A stretch of 64,000 bases of DNA from an uncultured bacterium (GTDB taxonomy: Bacteria > Cyanobacteriota > Vampirovibrionia > Gastranaerophilales > Gastranaerophilaceae), in contig CAIPUE010000023.1 of NCBI GenBank assembly GCA_903868125.1, forward strand, positions 19,977 to 83,976, written 5' to 3'. A model generated the notes under the pieces. That model did not search any database. It saw only the letters and a program-made list of their open reading frames with translations, and had not been told where the DNA came from. The first letter of the stretch is position 1. The number at the start of each line of letters is the position of its first letter. Positions 25,415 to 34,702 of the stretch are shown here, piece after piece. Made by a program: the position numbers and the translations under genes.

Positions 25415-25990
25415 GTGGAATTAGAGCAAGAAAAAATTGATTTAATAAAAAAAATAATTCTTTCAGACAAAAAATATCCGGATAATGAAGATTTGTTTGA
25501 AGATTTTTTTAATGAAACTTACAAGCGGTCTTTTCTTATAATAAATACCGTTAAGAATGAAGTTTCTTTACAAACTTATCTTAAAAAGATAGCGACTACG
25601 TCGATTATTAACGTACTAAAAGACACAGGTAGAGTTAGAAGAACCAGAGAAGGTTTTATAGCAACCGAAGAAAAATTTATTGAAGAGGCGGCACTTCTAC
25701 CAAATACCAAATATTCCAATGTACACATAAATTACGACTTAGTTGACTTGAGCGATGGACCGGAAGAAGTTGTAATCAAAAAAGAAACTCTGCAGACTTT
25801 AATTGATGCAGTGGCTATTGCCCATACAAATAATCCTGCCAAACAATATATGCAGTTATATCAGCTCCGTTATGTTAAAGGGTTGAAGCAAAAACAAATT
25901 GCGCAAGAACTTAATTTGTCTCAATCGGAAGTTTCTAAGCGTTTATTAGAATTGGTAGAAGAAGTTAAAAAAGCATTTAATAAAATTTAA
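25415..25990 (+). CDS. divergent sigma-70 family (ECF-like) RNA polymerase sigma factor
   Basis: 191 aa, GTG start. Region-2-like LFEDFFNETYKRSF...LQTYLKKIATTSIINVLKD. Region-4 HTH LRYVKGLKQKQIAQELNLSQSEVSKRLLELVEEV. Confidence 0.5.
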   Translation: MELEQEKIDLIKKIILSDKKYPDNEDLFEDFFNETYKRSFLIINTVKNEVSLQTYLKKIATTSIINVLKDTGRVRRTREGFIATEEKFIEEAALLPNTKYSNVHINYDLVDLSDGPEEVVIKKETLQTLIDAVAIAHTNNPAKQYMQLYQLRYVKGLKQKQIAQELNLSQSEVSKRLLELVEEVKKAFNKI

Positions 25991-26012
25991 CTTTGAGTTG
26001 TGGGTAAAAGTT

Positions 26013-29000
26013 ATGATATGTCCCAAATGTAAAAAACAAATATCTGAAAAAACATTAAAGTGTAACCATTGTGGCGCTAAAATCGCTATTTTTTGCAAAA
26101 ATTGCCGTACTTATAATTCAATTTATAACTTGAATTGCACACATTGTGAAACCCCCCTTTTGAAAATTTGTCCGTCATGCAAAAGTGTAAATTTCCCAAA
26201 TGCTAAAATTTGCAGAAAATGCGGGCATGGATTTGATGGTGCAGGCAAGAAGGAAGATGAAATAGAAAAACGTGAACAGGAGTTAGAAGATTGTTCACCC
26301 GTTTATTCCTGCGCACATTCGCCTGAAATACCTTCCTCTATTCAAGCCAATGAGCCAAAAATTCAATCCACCAACTCTTCAACCATTAATTACGACACGG
26401 AGTTACATTCTCAACAAAAAGCAAAAGAACTCCTTCTTGAAGGACTTTTATCAATTGACAAAAAAATAATATCTTTGAGCGGACAAAAAGGGGTTGGAAA
26501 ATCAATTGTTTTAAAATCTGCAATCCATGAACTTAAAGAATACGGAATAACTTGGCTTTTGGGAGAATGTTCCGCCACAACTCAACTCAGTCCCTGCGGG
26601 CTTATTCAAGACATTTTGCTCATGTTTTTCAATATCTCAAATTTTTGTTCGGATGGACCTCAGCTTAAAAAAGAATCCCAAAAATTTTTTCAAACAGAAT
26701 TTCCAACTTTGACCAATGAAGAAATTTTTAGTCTTTTAAATCTTTTATATCCGACAAATACTGATTATTTTGAAAATATTCTTAAAAATAAAGAAAAAAC
26801 TTTTACGTTTTTAAAAAAAGTTTTTAAAACTATTATTGAAAGAAATAAAACAGTATTGGTTATAGAAAATTTTGAGTTGATTGACGGGTTTTCCTACGAG
26901 TTTTTACATAATTTATTAAATGTTGAATTTACCACAAAGTCCTTGAAGTTTTTATTGACTTACGATGAAATAAGACCGGCTAGAGGATATTTGTATAATG
27001 AAAAATTCAACAATCCATCTTATCTTGATATTTCACTAAACACTTTTGATAAGAACCAGATGAATTCATTTATAGACCAATATTTTTGTCAAGATAAATG
27101 TCCTCAACCCATAAAAGACAAACTATTTAGTGCCTCCGAGGGAAATCCCGCGATTTTGGAACAATTGGTGAGCTTATTAATGGATTTTAAAACCAGAAAT
27201 AACTCGTTTGAAATAAATGTGCCATTAACATTTGAAGATACTATTAAAATGCGTTTAGATTTTCTAAAAGAAAATCCTACAGCATACAAAATCCTATCGG
27301 CAGCATGTGTTCAAGGAATAAAATTTTCCCCCGCCATTATAAATCAAATTTTTAAACTTGAAGAAATTGAATTTCAAGGGATATTAAATCTTTTGCAAGA
27401 ATTAAATTTTATTATACAAGTCAATGAATACTCTTATTCTTTTAAAAACTCTACGCTTTGGTCAGAGATTTTTAAGGTTATAAAGAAAGATGAAAATTTT
27501 GCTTTTTTCAATAATAATTTATTTTCGGTTTATTCCGGCTATACCCTTTCATCAAATTCAATAATGGCAGTGATTGCCCAAAATCTTGGACAAGATTTGA
27601 CTGCCCTGAACTTTTGGACAGAGAATACTAAATTAGCCTCCTATATAGGGGATACAAACCTTTACGCAATAGCTCAAAAACAATGCTTAATTCTTATCGA
27701 AAATTTGGAAAATTCTGAGAATTCTCTTATAAAAAATAATATTTATGAAAGATTAGGTAAATTACTTTCAAAATCGAACCCTAAAGAGGCTATAGAGTAT
27801 TTACCCAATGCTATTTTAAATGCAAAAAATCTTCAAAATACTATAAAAGAAATTGAACTTACCGGATATTTAGCCAATTGTTGCATAAATTTGGGTAACT
27901 ATTACGGAACAATCGAATGTATAAATTCTGCGATAGCAAAACTTGATAATAGTTTTGAGCTTGAAGTGGCGATGTTAAAATCAAGAAAGACGGATGCACT
28001 TTTAAATATAGGAAATAGCGGTGAGATAATTAATCTTATAGATAATGAAATCCTGCCTGTTTTCGATAAATATCTCAATGCAAAACCACATAAAAATATA
28101 TCTATAAAATCTCTTTATATAGCGTGGTTGGATACTTATTTGGCACTTGCAAATGCTTTGATTTTCCAAGGCAATAGTCGTTCTTTTGAAGTTTTATCAA
28201 CATTATTTGAACTTTTACAAAAAAATAATTTTAATAATAAATTATTTATTTGTAAAGTCAAACTTGCCCTTGCTTTTGCAAACACAATAAAGGGTGATAT
28301 TGAGGCTTCTGAGGAAATATTAAGCGAAATTATCAAGGTTTATAAAACAGATATTATGGATAATGAAGCAATTTCTCGTTGGAACTTGATAAATATATTA
28401 AATAATTTTATACACAAAAAATACAGTGGAATTAAGGAAGAATTATTTCAGGTTGTGACTTTTGCAAATAATATTAATGACAATTTTACCAAAAATATTT
28501 TAAAAACATTGCTTGGAAAATTATTTAAAGATGAGGAAAATGCAAAGCATGCACTTGAAATTTATGAAGAGCAAATAACTTATTTTTCAAAAGAAAAAAA
28601 TGCTATTGGAGCTCTTGTAACATGGTATTTAATCGCCGAAGCAAATCTGATAACAGAAGGGCCCGAAAAGTGTCTTGAAGTAGCACAAAAGGCGTTAAAT
28701 GTGGCTCAAAGCACTAAAATAAACAATTATTATCTTATCATTTTGTATAATAAGGTAATTGCTGAAGCGTACATGACTCAGGCAGAATATGAATTAGCTA
28801 AGGTTCATCTTGAAAAAGCCATTTTAATCGCAAGAAAATTTGAGTTGTCCAATCTTTTGGCAGATCTTTACCTGTTATATGGGAAATATCTTCAAGATAT
28901 TGCACTTGTAAAGACAGATGTACAGTTTGATTGTGTTTCAGCGGCATCGAAAATGTATAAAAAGGCAACATTAATATCTAAAGAGATAAAAAATAACTAT

Positions 29001-29081
29001 TTGTTGGCAAAAATTGAAAAATCAAAAAATATTCTAAATTCATTTTGCCAACTTAACGGCATAACGCTAAAAGAAGAATAA
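26013..29081 (+). CDS. triple zinc-ribbon / STAND-type P-loop ATPase (AAA_16-like) / TPR-repeat protein
   Basis: Three CxxC..CxxC ribbons (CPKCKK..CNHCG; CKNCRT..CTHCE; CPSCKS..CRKCG). Walker A GQKGVGKS and Walker B VLVIENFELID. The ~550-aa C-terminal region is helical and TPR-like. The start is set to ATG 26013. Confidence 0.65.
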   Translation: MICPKCKKQISEKTLKCNHCGAKIAIFCKNCRTYNSIYNLNCTHCETPLLKICPSCKSVNFPNAKICRKCGHGFDGAGKKEDEIEKREQELEDCSPVYSCAHSPEIPSSIQANEPKIQSTNSSTINYDTELHSQQKAKELLLEGLLSIDKKIISLSGQKGVGKSIVLKSAIHELKEYGITWLLGECSATTQLSPCGLIQDILLMFFNISNFCSDGPQLKKESQKFFQTEFPTLTNEEIFSLLNLLYPTNTDYFENILKNKEKTFTFLKKVFKTIIERNKTVLVIENFELIDGFSYEFLHNLLNVEFTTKSLKFLLTYDEIRPARGYLYNEKFNNPSYLDISLNTFDKNQMNSFIDQYFCQDKCPQPIKDKLFSASEGNPAILEQLVSLLMDFKTRNNSFEINVPLTFEDTIKMRLDFLKENPTAYKILSAACVQGIKFSPAIINQIFKLEEIEFQGILNLLQELNFIIQVNEYSYSFKNSTLWSEIFKVIKKDENFAFFNNNLFSVYSGYTLSSNSIMAVIAQNLGQDLTALNFWTENTKLASYIGDTNLYAIAQKQCLILIENLENSENSLIKNNIYERLGKLLSKSNPKEAIEYLPNAILNAKNLQNTIKEIELTGYLANCCINLGNYYGTIECINSAIAKLDNSFELEVAMLKSRKTDALLNIGNSGEIINLIDNEILPVFDKYLNAKPHKNISIKSLYIAWLDTYLALANALIFQGNSRSFEVLSTLFELLQKNNFNNKLFICKVKLALAFANTIKGDIEASEEILSEIIKVYKTDIMDNEAISRWNLINILNNFIHKKYSGIKEELFQVVTFANNINDNFTKNILKTLLGKLFKDEENAKHALEIYEEQITYFSKEKNAIGALVTWYLIAEANLITEGPEKCLEVAQKALNVAQSTKINNYYLIILYNKVIAEAYMTQAEYELAKVHLEKAILIARKFELSNLLADLYLLYGKYLQDIALVKTDVQFDCVSAASKMYKKATLISKEIKNNYLLAKIEKSKNILNSFCQLNGITLKEE

Positions 29082-29228
29082 AAAATAAAATTGAACAATT
29101 AGTTAAACTGCTTTTTTACTGTTTGTCTGCTTGCATTAGTCTCAAATTGCGTAAGTAGTTTTGCGGACTGTTATTTTTTTAAAAGTACTCCATAATAAAA
29201 AAGTGAATAAAAAGGGAGGAAATTATAA

Positions 29229-29591
29229 ATGCCATTTACTATCAATGAAGAATCTTTGTTAATAAAGGGAAGAAAAGGTGATACTGCGTCTTTTACCTTT
29301 AATTTCAATCAAGATATTTCAGCATATACGATTAATTTTTATGTGAAAAAGAATATTAATGCAACAGAAACGGTTATTGAAAAAACATATCCAAATCCTA
29401 CAAGTAACGCCATTACAGTTCATTTAACAACAGAAGATACGGAAAAATTAACCGCACAAGCAAATTCTTATTCAACATATTATTGGGGGTTAAAGATAAA
29501 TAACGGTAACGAATTTGCACAAACGATTATCCCCGTAGAATTTAAAACTCCGCCTATGATGTATATTTATCCTGAAATAGGAGGAATTTAA
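29229..29591 (+). CDS. phage-like hypothetical protein (Ig-like/BppU-N-like, low confidence)
   Basis: 120 aa. Strong GGGAGGA SD. Tightly coupled (1-nt gap) to the tail-fibre-like ORF that follows. Confidence 0.4.
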   Translation: MPFTINEESLLIKGRKGDTASFTFNFNQDISAYTINFYVKKNINATETVIEKTYPNPTSNAITVHLTTEDTEKLTAQANSYSTYYWGLKINNGNEFAQTIIPVEFKTPPMMYIYPEIGGI

Positions 29592-29592
29592 T

Positions 29593-30309
29593 ATGACAGA
29601 AGAAAGTATCGTAACCGTAACGAACAATCCAAATCCGACAATCGAGCTTGAAATAATTTCTTACACAAATGATGTTAATGTAGGTTTTTCGGAATCAATT
29701 GAATCTGCGTTTGCGGTTCACAATACCGATGCAGAGGCTCATTATAATATTTTAACCGAGATGAAAAATGGACTGGAAGCGGACATTAGTTTAAAAGCTG
29801 ATGCTACAGCAATTCCTACAAAAACATCCCAGCTTTTAAATGACAGTAATTTTGCCATCACTTCGCAAATCCCTACTATTCCGACAGCATTGAGCTCTTT
29901 TACCAATGATACAAATTATGTAAATTCAACCCAAATGTCCAGTTCATTGAGTACAAGGGCTGATACAGATTTAAGTAATATAAACAAATCAAATGCACTG
30001 CTTAATCTTGGATTTCAAAGATACGATAGTGGCTGGTTTGCAGTATCTGCAAATACTACATACACAAAAACCCATGGGCTTGGTACTTCTAATATAAAAT
30101 ATATTGTATTAATAGCAGATAATTCAAGCGGAACAAATCAAAGGCCGGCAGTTTATTTCTTTGTCATTGGAGTAGGTGGGTATGCCTGGGCACCATTCGG
30201 ATTAAACTCAACCACTATAAGCTTGCATACATATAGCACCGTTGGACTTAGTATTCTGGGTACCGATGTAACATCGGGATATTATAGAATTTTAGCGGAG
30301 GTAGTATAA
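29593..30309 (+). CDS. phage tail fibre-like protein
   Basis: 238 aa. VHNTDAEAHYNIL, plus the repeated TSQLLNDSNF / LSSFTNDTNY motifs (the SQL.ND.gY repeat typical of phage tail fibres). Beta-rich C-terminal domain. Confidence 0.55.
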   Translation: MTEESIVTVTNNPNPTIELEIISYTNDVNVGFSESIESAFAVHNTDAEAHYNILTEMKNGLEADISLKADATAIPTKTSQLLNDSNFAITSQIPTIPTALSSFTNDTNYVNSTQMSSSLSTRADTDLSNINKSNALLNLGFQRYDSGWFAVSANTTYTKTHGLGTSNIKYIVLIADNSSGTNQRPAVYFFVIGVGGYAWAPFGLNSTTISLHTYSTVGLSILGTDVTSGYYRILAEVV

Positions 30310-30650
30310 TGAAACGATATTTTAATTTAATTGACACTACAGATAACAACTATTGTGATGTAATAGATTCATCTTATATGATAGAAATTCCGGATGACGG
30401 AAAACCTTATGGGCTTATTAATAGCGAATTAATGGATATTTCAGAAACGGATGAATACAAATTAAAAATTAAAACATTGGAAAATAATATAAAGAAAGCA
30501 AGTTTACAGGCTCAAATTACTGAACTGGATTTAAAAAGCATAAGAGCGCTCAGGGAAGGTGGATTTAAAGATGAAACGACCGGACAAACTTGGGTTGACT
30601 TTTATACGAATCAAATTCAGGCACTAAGAAATGAAATAGCTACCTTATAA
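30309..30650 (+). CDS. phage-like hypothetical protein (possible tail-fibre assembly/XkdW-like)
   Basis: 113 aa. The start overlaps the stop of the tail-fibre-like gene (TAATG). Coiled-coil segment. Confidence 0.35.
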   Translation: MKRYFNLIDTTDNNYCDVIDSSYMIEIPDDGKPYGLINSELMDISETDEYKLKIKTLENNIKKASLQAQITELDLKSIRALREGGFKDETTGQTWVDFYTNQIQALRNEIATL

Positions 30651-30745
30651 TATGAATGGGTATTATAAGGATAAAACGGTTTTAATGAACTTTTCCTTTG
30701 TTTCCCTACGCAACCATATAACCTAAAGTATGCTAAAATATCATT

Positions 30746-31354
30746 ATGAGTAATTTGAGCAATGATGTTGAAAACTTAAAGACTAAGTATAGAGAAATTT
30801 TTTCTCGGACGATTGAAGAGTTTAACCAGCGGGTTGAAAAAATAAAACCGCAGGAATTTTTAAAATTTTTAAACGAAGATATTTTGAAAGAAATTTATGA
30901 ACAGAAGTTGAAAATTTTAGAAAGTAGAAAAAAAATTTCTTGCACAGGCTGTGCTGCTTGTTGTAAATTGGCTTGCAGTGAGTTTTCTTATGATGAATTG
31001 AAACAAAAAGCGCAGAACGGTGATAATTTTGCAACACAATTTATAAGTGTTTTCGTCCCGTATGATACCGAAGTCGAGGCTGAAAAAATTTATCCTGAGT
31101 ATTTTGAATTATTAAAAAACAAAGCGGAAGACGAAAAAGTTTATTTTTATCACTGTCCGAAAGTTACAGAAGATAATCGTTGCCCCGATTATGAAAATCG
31201 TCCTCAGATATGTCGGGATTTTCCTGATAATCCTATCGGGTTTTTGCCAAAAACCTGCGGGTATACAAAATGGAAAGAAGAAGTGGAAGAACAGTCTCTA
31301 AAGCTTCATTCTTTGCTGGAAATAATAGAGTTTTATAAAAGCAAAATATCTTAG
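30746..31354 (+). CDS. YkgJ family cysteine-cluster (putative Zn/Fe-chelating, UPF0153) protein
   Basis: 202 aa. CTGCAACCKLAC (CxxCxxCC) plus the distal CPDYENRPQICRDFP motif. Confidence 0.65.
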   Translation: MSNLSNDVENLKTKYREIFSRTIEEFNQRVEKIKPQEFLKFLNEDILKEIYEQKLKILESRKKISCTGCAACCKLACSEFSYDELKQKAQNGDNFATQFISVFVPYDTEVEAEKIYPEYFELLKNKAEDEKVYFYHCPKVTEDNRCPDYENRPQICRDFPDNPIGFLPKTCGYTKWKEEVEEQSLKLHSLLEIIEFYKSKIS

Positions 31355-31402
31355 CGGGACTTTTTTTATTAGATTTATAATTTTTTAAAATCACATTATT
31401 AA

Positions 31403-31451
31403 GACCACTGCACAAGTATATTTTTGTAAAAAATGGACTTGTGCATTAGTC
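31403..31451. mobile_element. miniature/degenerate copy of the CCACTGCACAA element
   Basis: GACCACTGCACAAGTATA ... ACTTGTGCATTAGTC. This is the TIR pair with only ~20 nt between the arms. Confidence 0.55.
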
Positions 31452-31526
31452 TCTTATTTGTGGTACTATTTAGTTTAAAAGTGGAAACGAGGAACGAAAA
31501 AGTAAGATAATTTTTAGGAGTGCAAA

Positions 31527-32519
31527 ATGTTAAATGATAAAACGATTTTAATAACAGGTGGTACCGGCTCTTTCGGAAAAATGTTTACCAAAACTATATT
31601 AAAAAATCATCCTGAAATTAAAAAGATAATTATTTATTCAAGAGACGAATATAAACAGTTTGTAATGCAGAATATGCCTGAATTTAAACCTCATTATGAT
31701 AAAATGAGATATTTTATTGGAGATGTTCGAGACAAGGAGAGATTATATAGAGCGTTAGAGGGTGTTGATTATGTAATCCATGCGGCTGCACTTAAACAAG
31801 TTCCTGCTTGTGAATATAACCCTTTTGAAGCTGTAAAAACAAATATTATGGGCGCTCAAAATGTTATTGACGCTTGCTTGGATAAGGGCGTAAAAAGAGT
31901 TGTGGCTCTGTCAACCGATAAAGCCTGTGCTCCGATAAATCTTTACGGTGCGACAAAATTATGCTCGGATAAATTATTTATAGCCGGAAACGCTTATGCA
32001 GGATTTAAAGACACAAAATTTGCAGTAGTAAGATATGGAAACGTTGCCGGTTCAAGAGGTTCTGTAATCCCGTTTTTTCAAAAATTAATCAACGAGGGTG
32101 CAAAAGAGCTTCCTATAACCGATATGAATATGACAAGATTTTGGCTAAAGCTTGAAAGTGCCGTTCAAATGGTACTTGACGCCTTAGAAAATATGAATGG
32201 CGGAGAATTGTACGTCAAGAAAATTCCGTCCATGCTTATGCCTGATTTAGCAAAAGCTATGGCACCCGACTTAAAAATTAAAGAAGTGGGAATTCGTCCC
32301 GGCGAAAAAATTCACGAACAAATGATTACAAGAGAAGATGCAAGAAATACTCTCGAATTTGATGATTATTACATTATTTTACCTGATATTGATTTAGAAA
32401 ATATTACGCACAAGTATTCTCAAGGAAAACCTGTTGCCCCTGATTTTGAATATCACAGTGGAAACAACGATAGATGGCTTTCTGTTGAAGATATGAAAAA
32501 ATTAATAAGCGAGATTTAA
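31527..32519 (+). CDS. pseB: UDP-N-acetylglucosamine 4,6-dehydratase (inverting)
   Basis: 330 aa. ILITGGTGSFG, YSRDEYKQ, and Y..xK in GATKLCSDKLF. It is the first gene of the Pse operon. Confidence 0.85.
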   Translation: MLNDKTILITGGTGSFGKMFTKTILKNHPEIKKIIIYSRDEYKQFVMQNMPEFKPHYDKMRYFIGDVRDKERLYRALEGVDYVIHAAALKQVPACEYNPFEAVKTNIMGAQNVIDACLDKGVKRVVALSTDKACAPINLYGATKLCSDKLFIAGNAYAGFKDTKFAVVRYGNVAGSRGSVIPFFQKLINEGAKELPITDMNMTRFWLKLESAVQMVLDALENMNGGELYVKKIPSMLMPDLAKAMAPDLKIKEVGIRPGEKIHEQMITREDARNTLEFDDYYIILPDIDLENITHKYSQGKPVAPDFEYHSGNNDRWLSVEDMKKLISEI

Positions 32520-32522
32520 AAT

Positions 32523-33623
32523 ATGAAAAAATATACTTACGGTAAACAATCACTTAGTTTTAGTGATTTTTATAATGTCTTATCTACATTAAAATCACCT
32601 TTTTTAACCTGTGGACCAAAAGTAAAAGAATTTGAACAGGCGATTTGCGATTATACAGGAGCAAAGTATTGCGTTAGTGTTTCAAGCGCTACGGCGGGAC
32701 TTCATTTGGCAATGCTTGCAATAGGTATTGCAAAAGGGGATGAAGTTATAACATCGCCAAACACTTTTTTAGCGAGTTCTAATTGTGTGTTGTATGCGGG
32801 TGGAACAGTTAAATTTGCTGATATCGAACTTGAGACGGCAAATATTAATCCGGCAGAAATTGAAAAACAAATTACGGACAAAACAAAGGCGATTATACCT
32901 GTTCATTTTGCTGGGCAAAGTTGTGATATGGAAAAAATTCACGAAATTGCTACGAAAAATAATCTTTTCATTGTTGAAGATGCTGCTCATGCAATTGGTT
33001 CTGACTACAAAGATACTAAAGTCGGTTGTTGTAAGTATTCTGATATGACTATTTTTTCTTTTCATCCCGTAAAAACTATCACCACAGGCGAGGGTGGTGC
33101 AATAACCACTAATAACAAAGAACTGTACGAAAAATTATTGGCACTTCGTTCTCACGGGATGCATAAAGACGCTAAAATGGCGACAACATGGGAATATGAA
33201 ATGCGCGAATTGGGATTTAATTACAGATTGACAGATATCCAAGCGGCTTTGGGTATTTCACAATTAAAAAAGCTTGATAAATTCAAAAAACGCCGCAGGG
33301 AAATTGTTGAATATTACAATAAGCATTTGGGTTTGCCAAATTTAATCGAAAAGGATTTTTCTAATGCCTGTTTTCACTTATATCCTGTAATGGTTAGAAA
33401 CAGAGAAGAATTTTACCACAAAGCAAAAACGGTTGGTTTAAATTTGCAGGTGCATTATATTCCTGTTCATACTCAACCTTATTATAAAAATTTGGGATTT
33501 AATGAGGGCGACTATCCGAGTGCTGAAATTTATTATAAAAAATGTATTTCACTTCCGCTTTATCCGACTTTAAGTGATAGAGATTTGAAAGAAATTGTTA
33601 AAAGAATAAAGGATATTTTATGA
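32523..33623 (+). CDS. pseC: UDP-4-amino-4,6-dideoxy-N-acetyl-beta-L-altrosamine transaminase (DegT/DnrJ/EryC1 family)
   Basis: 366 aa. YGKQSL..., PLP-Lys region FSFHPVKTITTGEGG. It lies adjacent to pseB. Confidence 0.8.
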   Translation: MKKYTYGKQSLSFSDFYNVLSTLKSPFLTCGPKVKEFEQAICDYTGAKYCVSVSSATAGLHLAMLAIGIAKGDEVITSPNTFLASSNCVLYAGGTVKFADIELETANINPAEIEKQITDKTKAIIPVHFAGQSCDMEKIHEIATKNNLFIVEDAAHAIGSDYKDTKVGCCKYSDMTIFSFHPVKTITTGEGGAITTNNKELYEKLLALRSHGMHKDAKMATTWEYEMRELGFNYRLTDIQAALGISQLKKLDKFKKRRREIVEYYNKHLGLPNLIEKDFSNACFHLYPVMVRNREEFYHKAKTVGLNLQVHYIPVHTQPYYKNLGFNEGDYPSAEIYYKKCISLPLYPTLSDRDLKEIVKRIKDIL

Positions 33624-34375
33624 ATTTAGGCTTAAAGCTTTGGAGTAATAATACTGACGCTTACCTTGAAGAAGCCAAAAGGCTTTATAAGCAGGAGTGG
33701 TTTGATTATATAGAGCTTTATGTGGTCCCTGACACTCTTGAAACAATCGATAAATGGAAAAAACTAAATATTCCGTTCACTCTTCATGCTCCACATTTTG
33801 TTCACGAAGTTAATCTTGCCGATGTTACAAAAGAAGAATATAATATCAAAATTTTCAAACAGGTTAAGGAATTTTTTGATGAATTAAACGCCGGCTACGT
33901 GGTTGTGCATTCGGGCATAGAAGGCGATATTGATGAAACAATAAGGCAACTGGATATTATTCAACCCCCAAAAATGCTGATAGAAAATAAACCGTTTGTT
34001 GCGCCTTTGCGCGACAACAGAATTTGTCGCGGGGCGATGATTGAAGAAATTTCTAAAATTGTTGAAAAAATCGGATGCGGATTTTGTTTGGACGTAGGAC
34101 ACGCTATTTGTACAGCGAATACCTTAAAAATTGAACCTTACGACTTTATCAGGCAATTCAATGAACTGAATCCTATTTGTTATCATATGAGTGACAATTT
34201 TATCGACAGCGAACTTGATAAACATTTACATTTCGGGGCTGGAAATTATGATTTAAAGAGAATATTTGATATAATTGATACAGAAAAAAATATTGCGATT
34301 GAAACAAATAAGGGCAGCAAAGAAAATTTGAACGATTTTATTGAGGATGTAAAATTTCTTAAAAATGTGATATAA
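33620..34375 (+). CDS. xylose isomerase-like TIM-barrel (sugar phosphate isomerase/epimerase family) protein
   Basis: 251 aa. The pattern FTLHAP...VVVHSG...IENKP...CLDVGHA is typical of AP-endonuclease-2/xylose-isomerase-like barrels. Confidence 0.5.
   Translation: MNLGLKLWSNNTDAYLEEAKRLYKQEWFDYIELYVVPDTLETIDKWKKLNIPFTLHAPHFVHEVNLADVTKEEYNIKIFKQVKEFFDELNAGYVVVHSGIEGDIDETIRQLDIIQPPKMLIENKPFVAPLRDNRICRGAMIEEISKIVEKIGCGFCLDVGHAICTANTLKIEPYDFIRQFNELNPICYHMSDNFIDSELDKHLHFGAGNYDLKRIFDIIDTEKNIAIETNKGSKENLNDFIEDVKFLKNVI
34334..34355 (+). repeat. left copy of the 22-bp exact direct repeat flanking the MNT-HEPN cassette
   Basis: GATTTTATTGAGGATGTAAAAT, identical to 35089-35110. Confidence 0.95.
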
Positions 34376-34399
34376 TTACCTGAAAAGGAAAGACTTTAT

Positions 34400-34702
34400 A
34401 TGAAAAATGCCAAATTAATTGCAAAAAAATTAAGAGCTAAATTAAGAGAATATAATGATTTTGTAGGACTTTATTTGTATGGTTCTCAAATCACTCAAGA
34501 AGCTCGCGCTGACAGCGATATAGATATTGTTGCTATTTTTGAAAATGTAAAGGATGATTATGATGATATTATTCTAAAAGCTTGGGATATAGAAATAAAA
34601 AACAATGTTATAATAGATTTCCATCCATTTTCACTAAAACAATTAGACTTGGATCCATTTTATTTTAATGAAGTAAAAAAAGGTATATATTATGCAAGAT
34701 GA
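34400..34702 (+). CDS. nucleotidyltransferase-domain protein (MNT-type antitoxin candidate)
   Basis: 100 aa. GLYLYGSQITQEARADSDIDIV matches the minimal NTase motif G-S-x(n)-D-x-D. It overlaps the next ORF by 11 nt. Confidence 0.75.
   Translation: MKNAKLIAKKLRAKLREYNDFVGLYLYGSQITQEARADSDIDIVAIFENVKDDYDDIILKAWDIEIKNNVIIDFHPFSLKQLDLDPFYFNEVKKGIYYAR

Noticed and set aside
29132-31453. 12-nt direct repeat TGCATTAGTCTC (29132-29143 and 31442-31453) flanking the phage-like trio and the YkgJ gene, considered as att-like sites.
   Set aside because: A 12-mer match is expected by chance many times in 64 kb of AT-rich DNA. The right copy is simply part of the degenerate MITE TIR, and no integrase is present.
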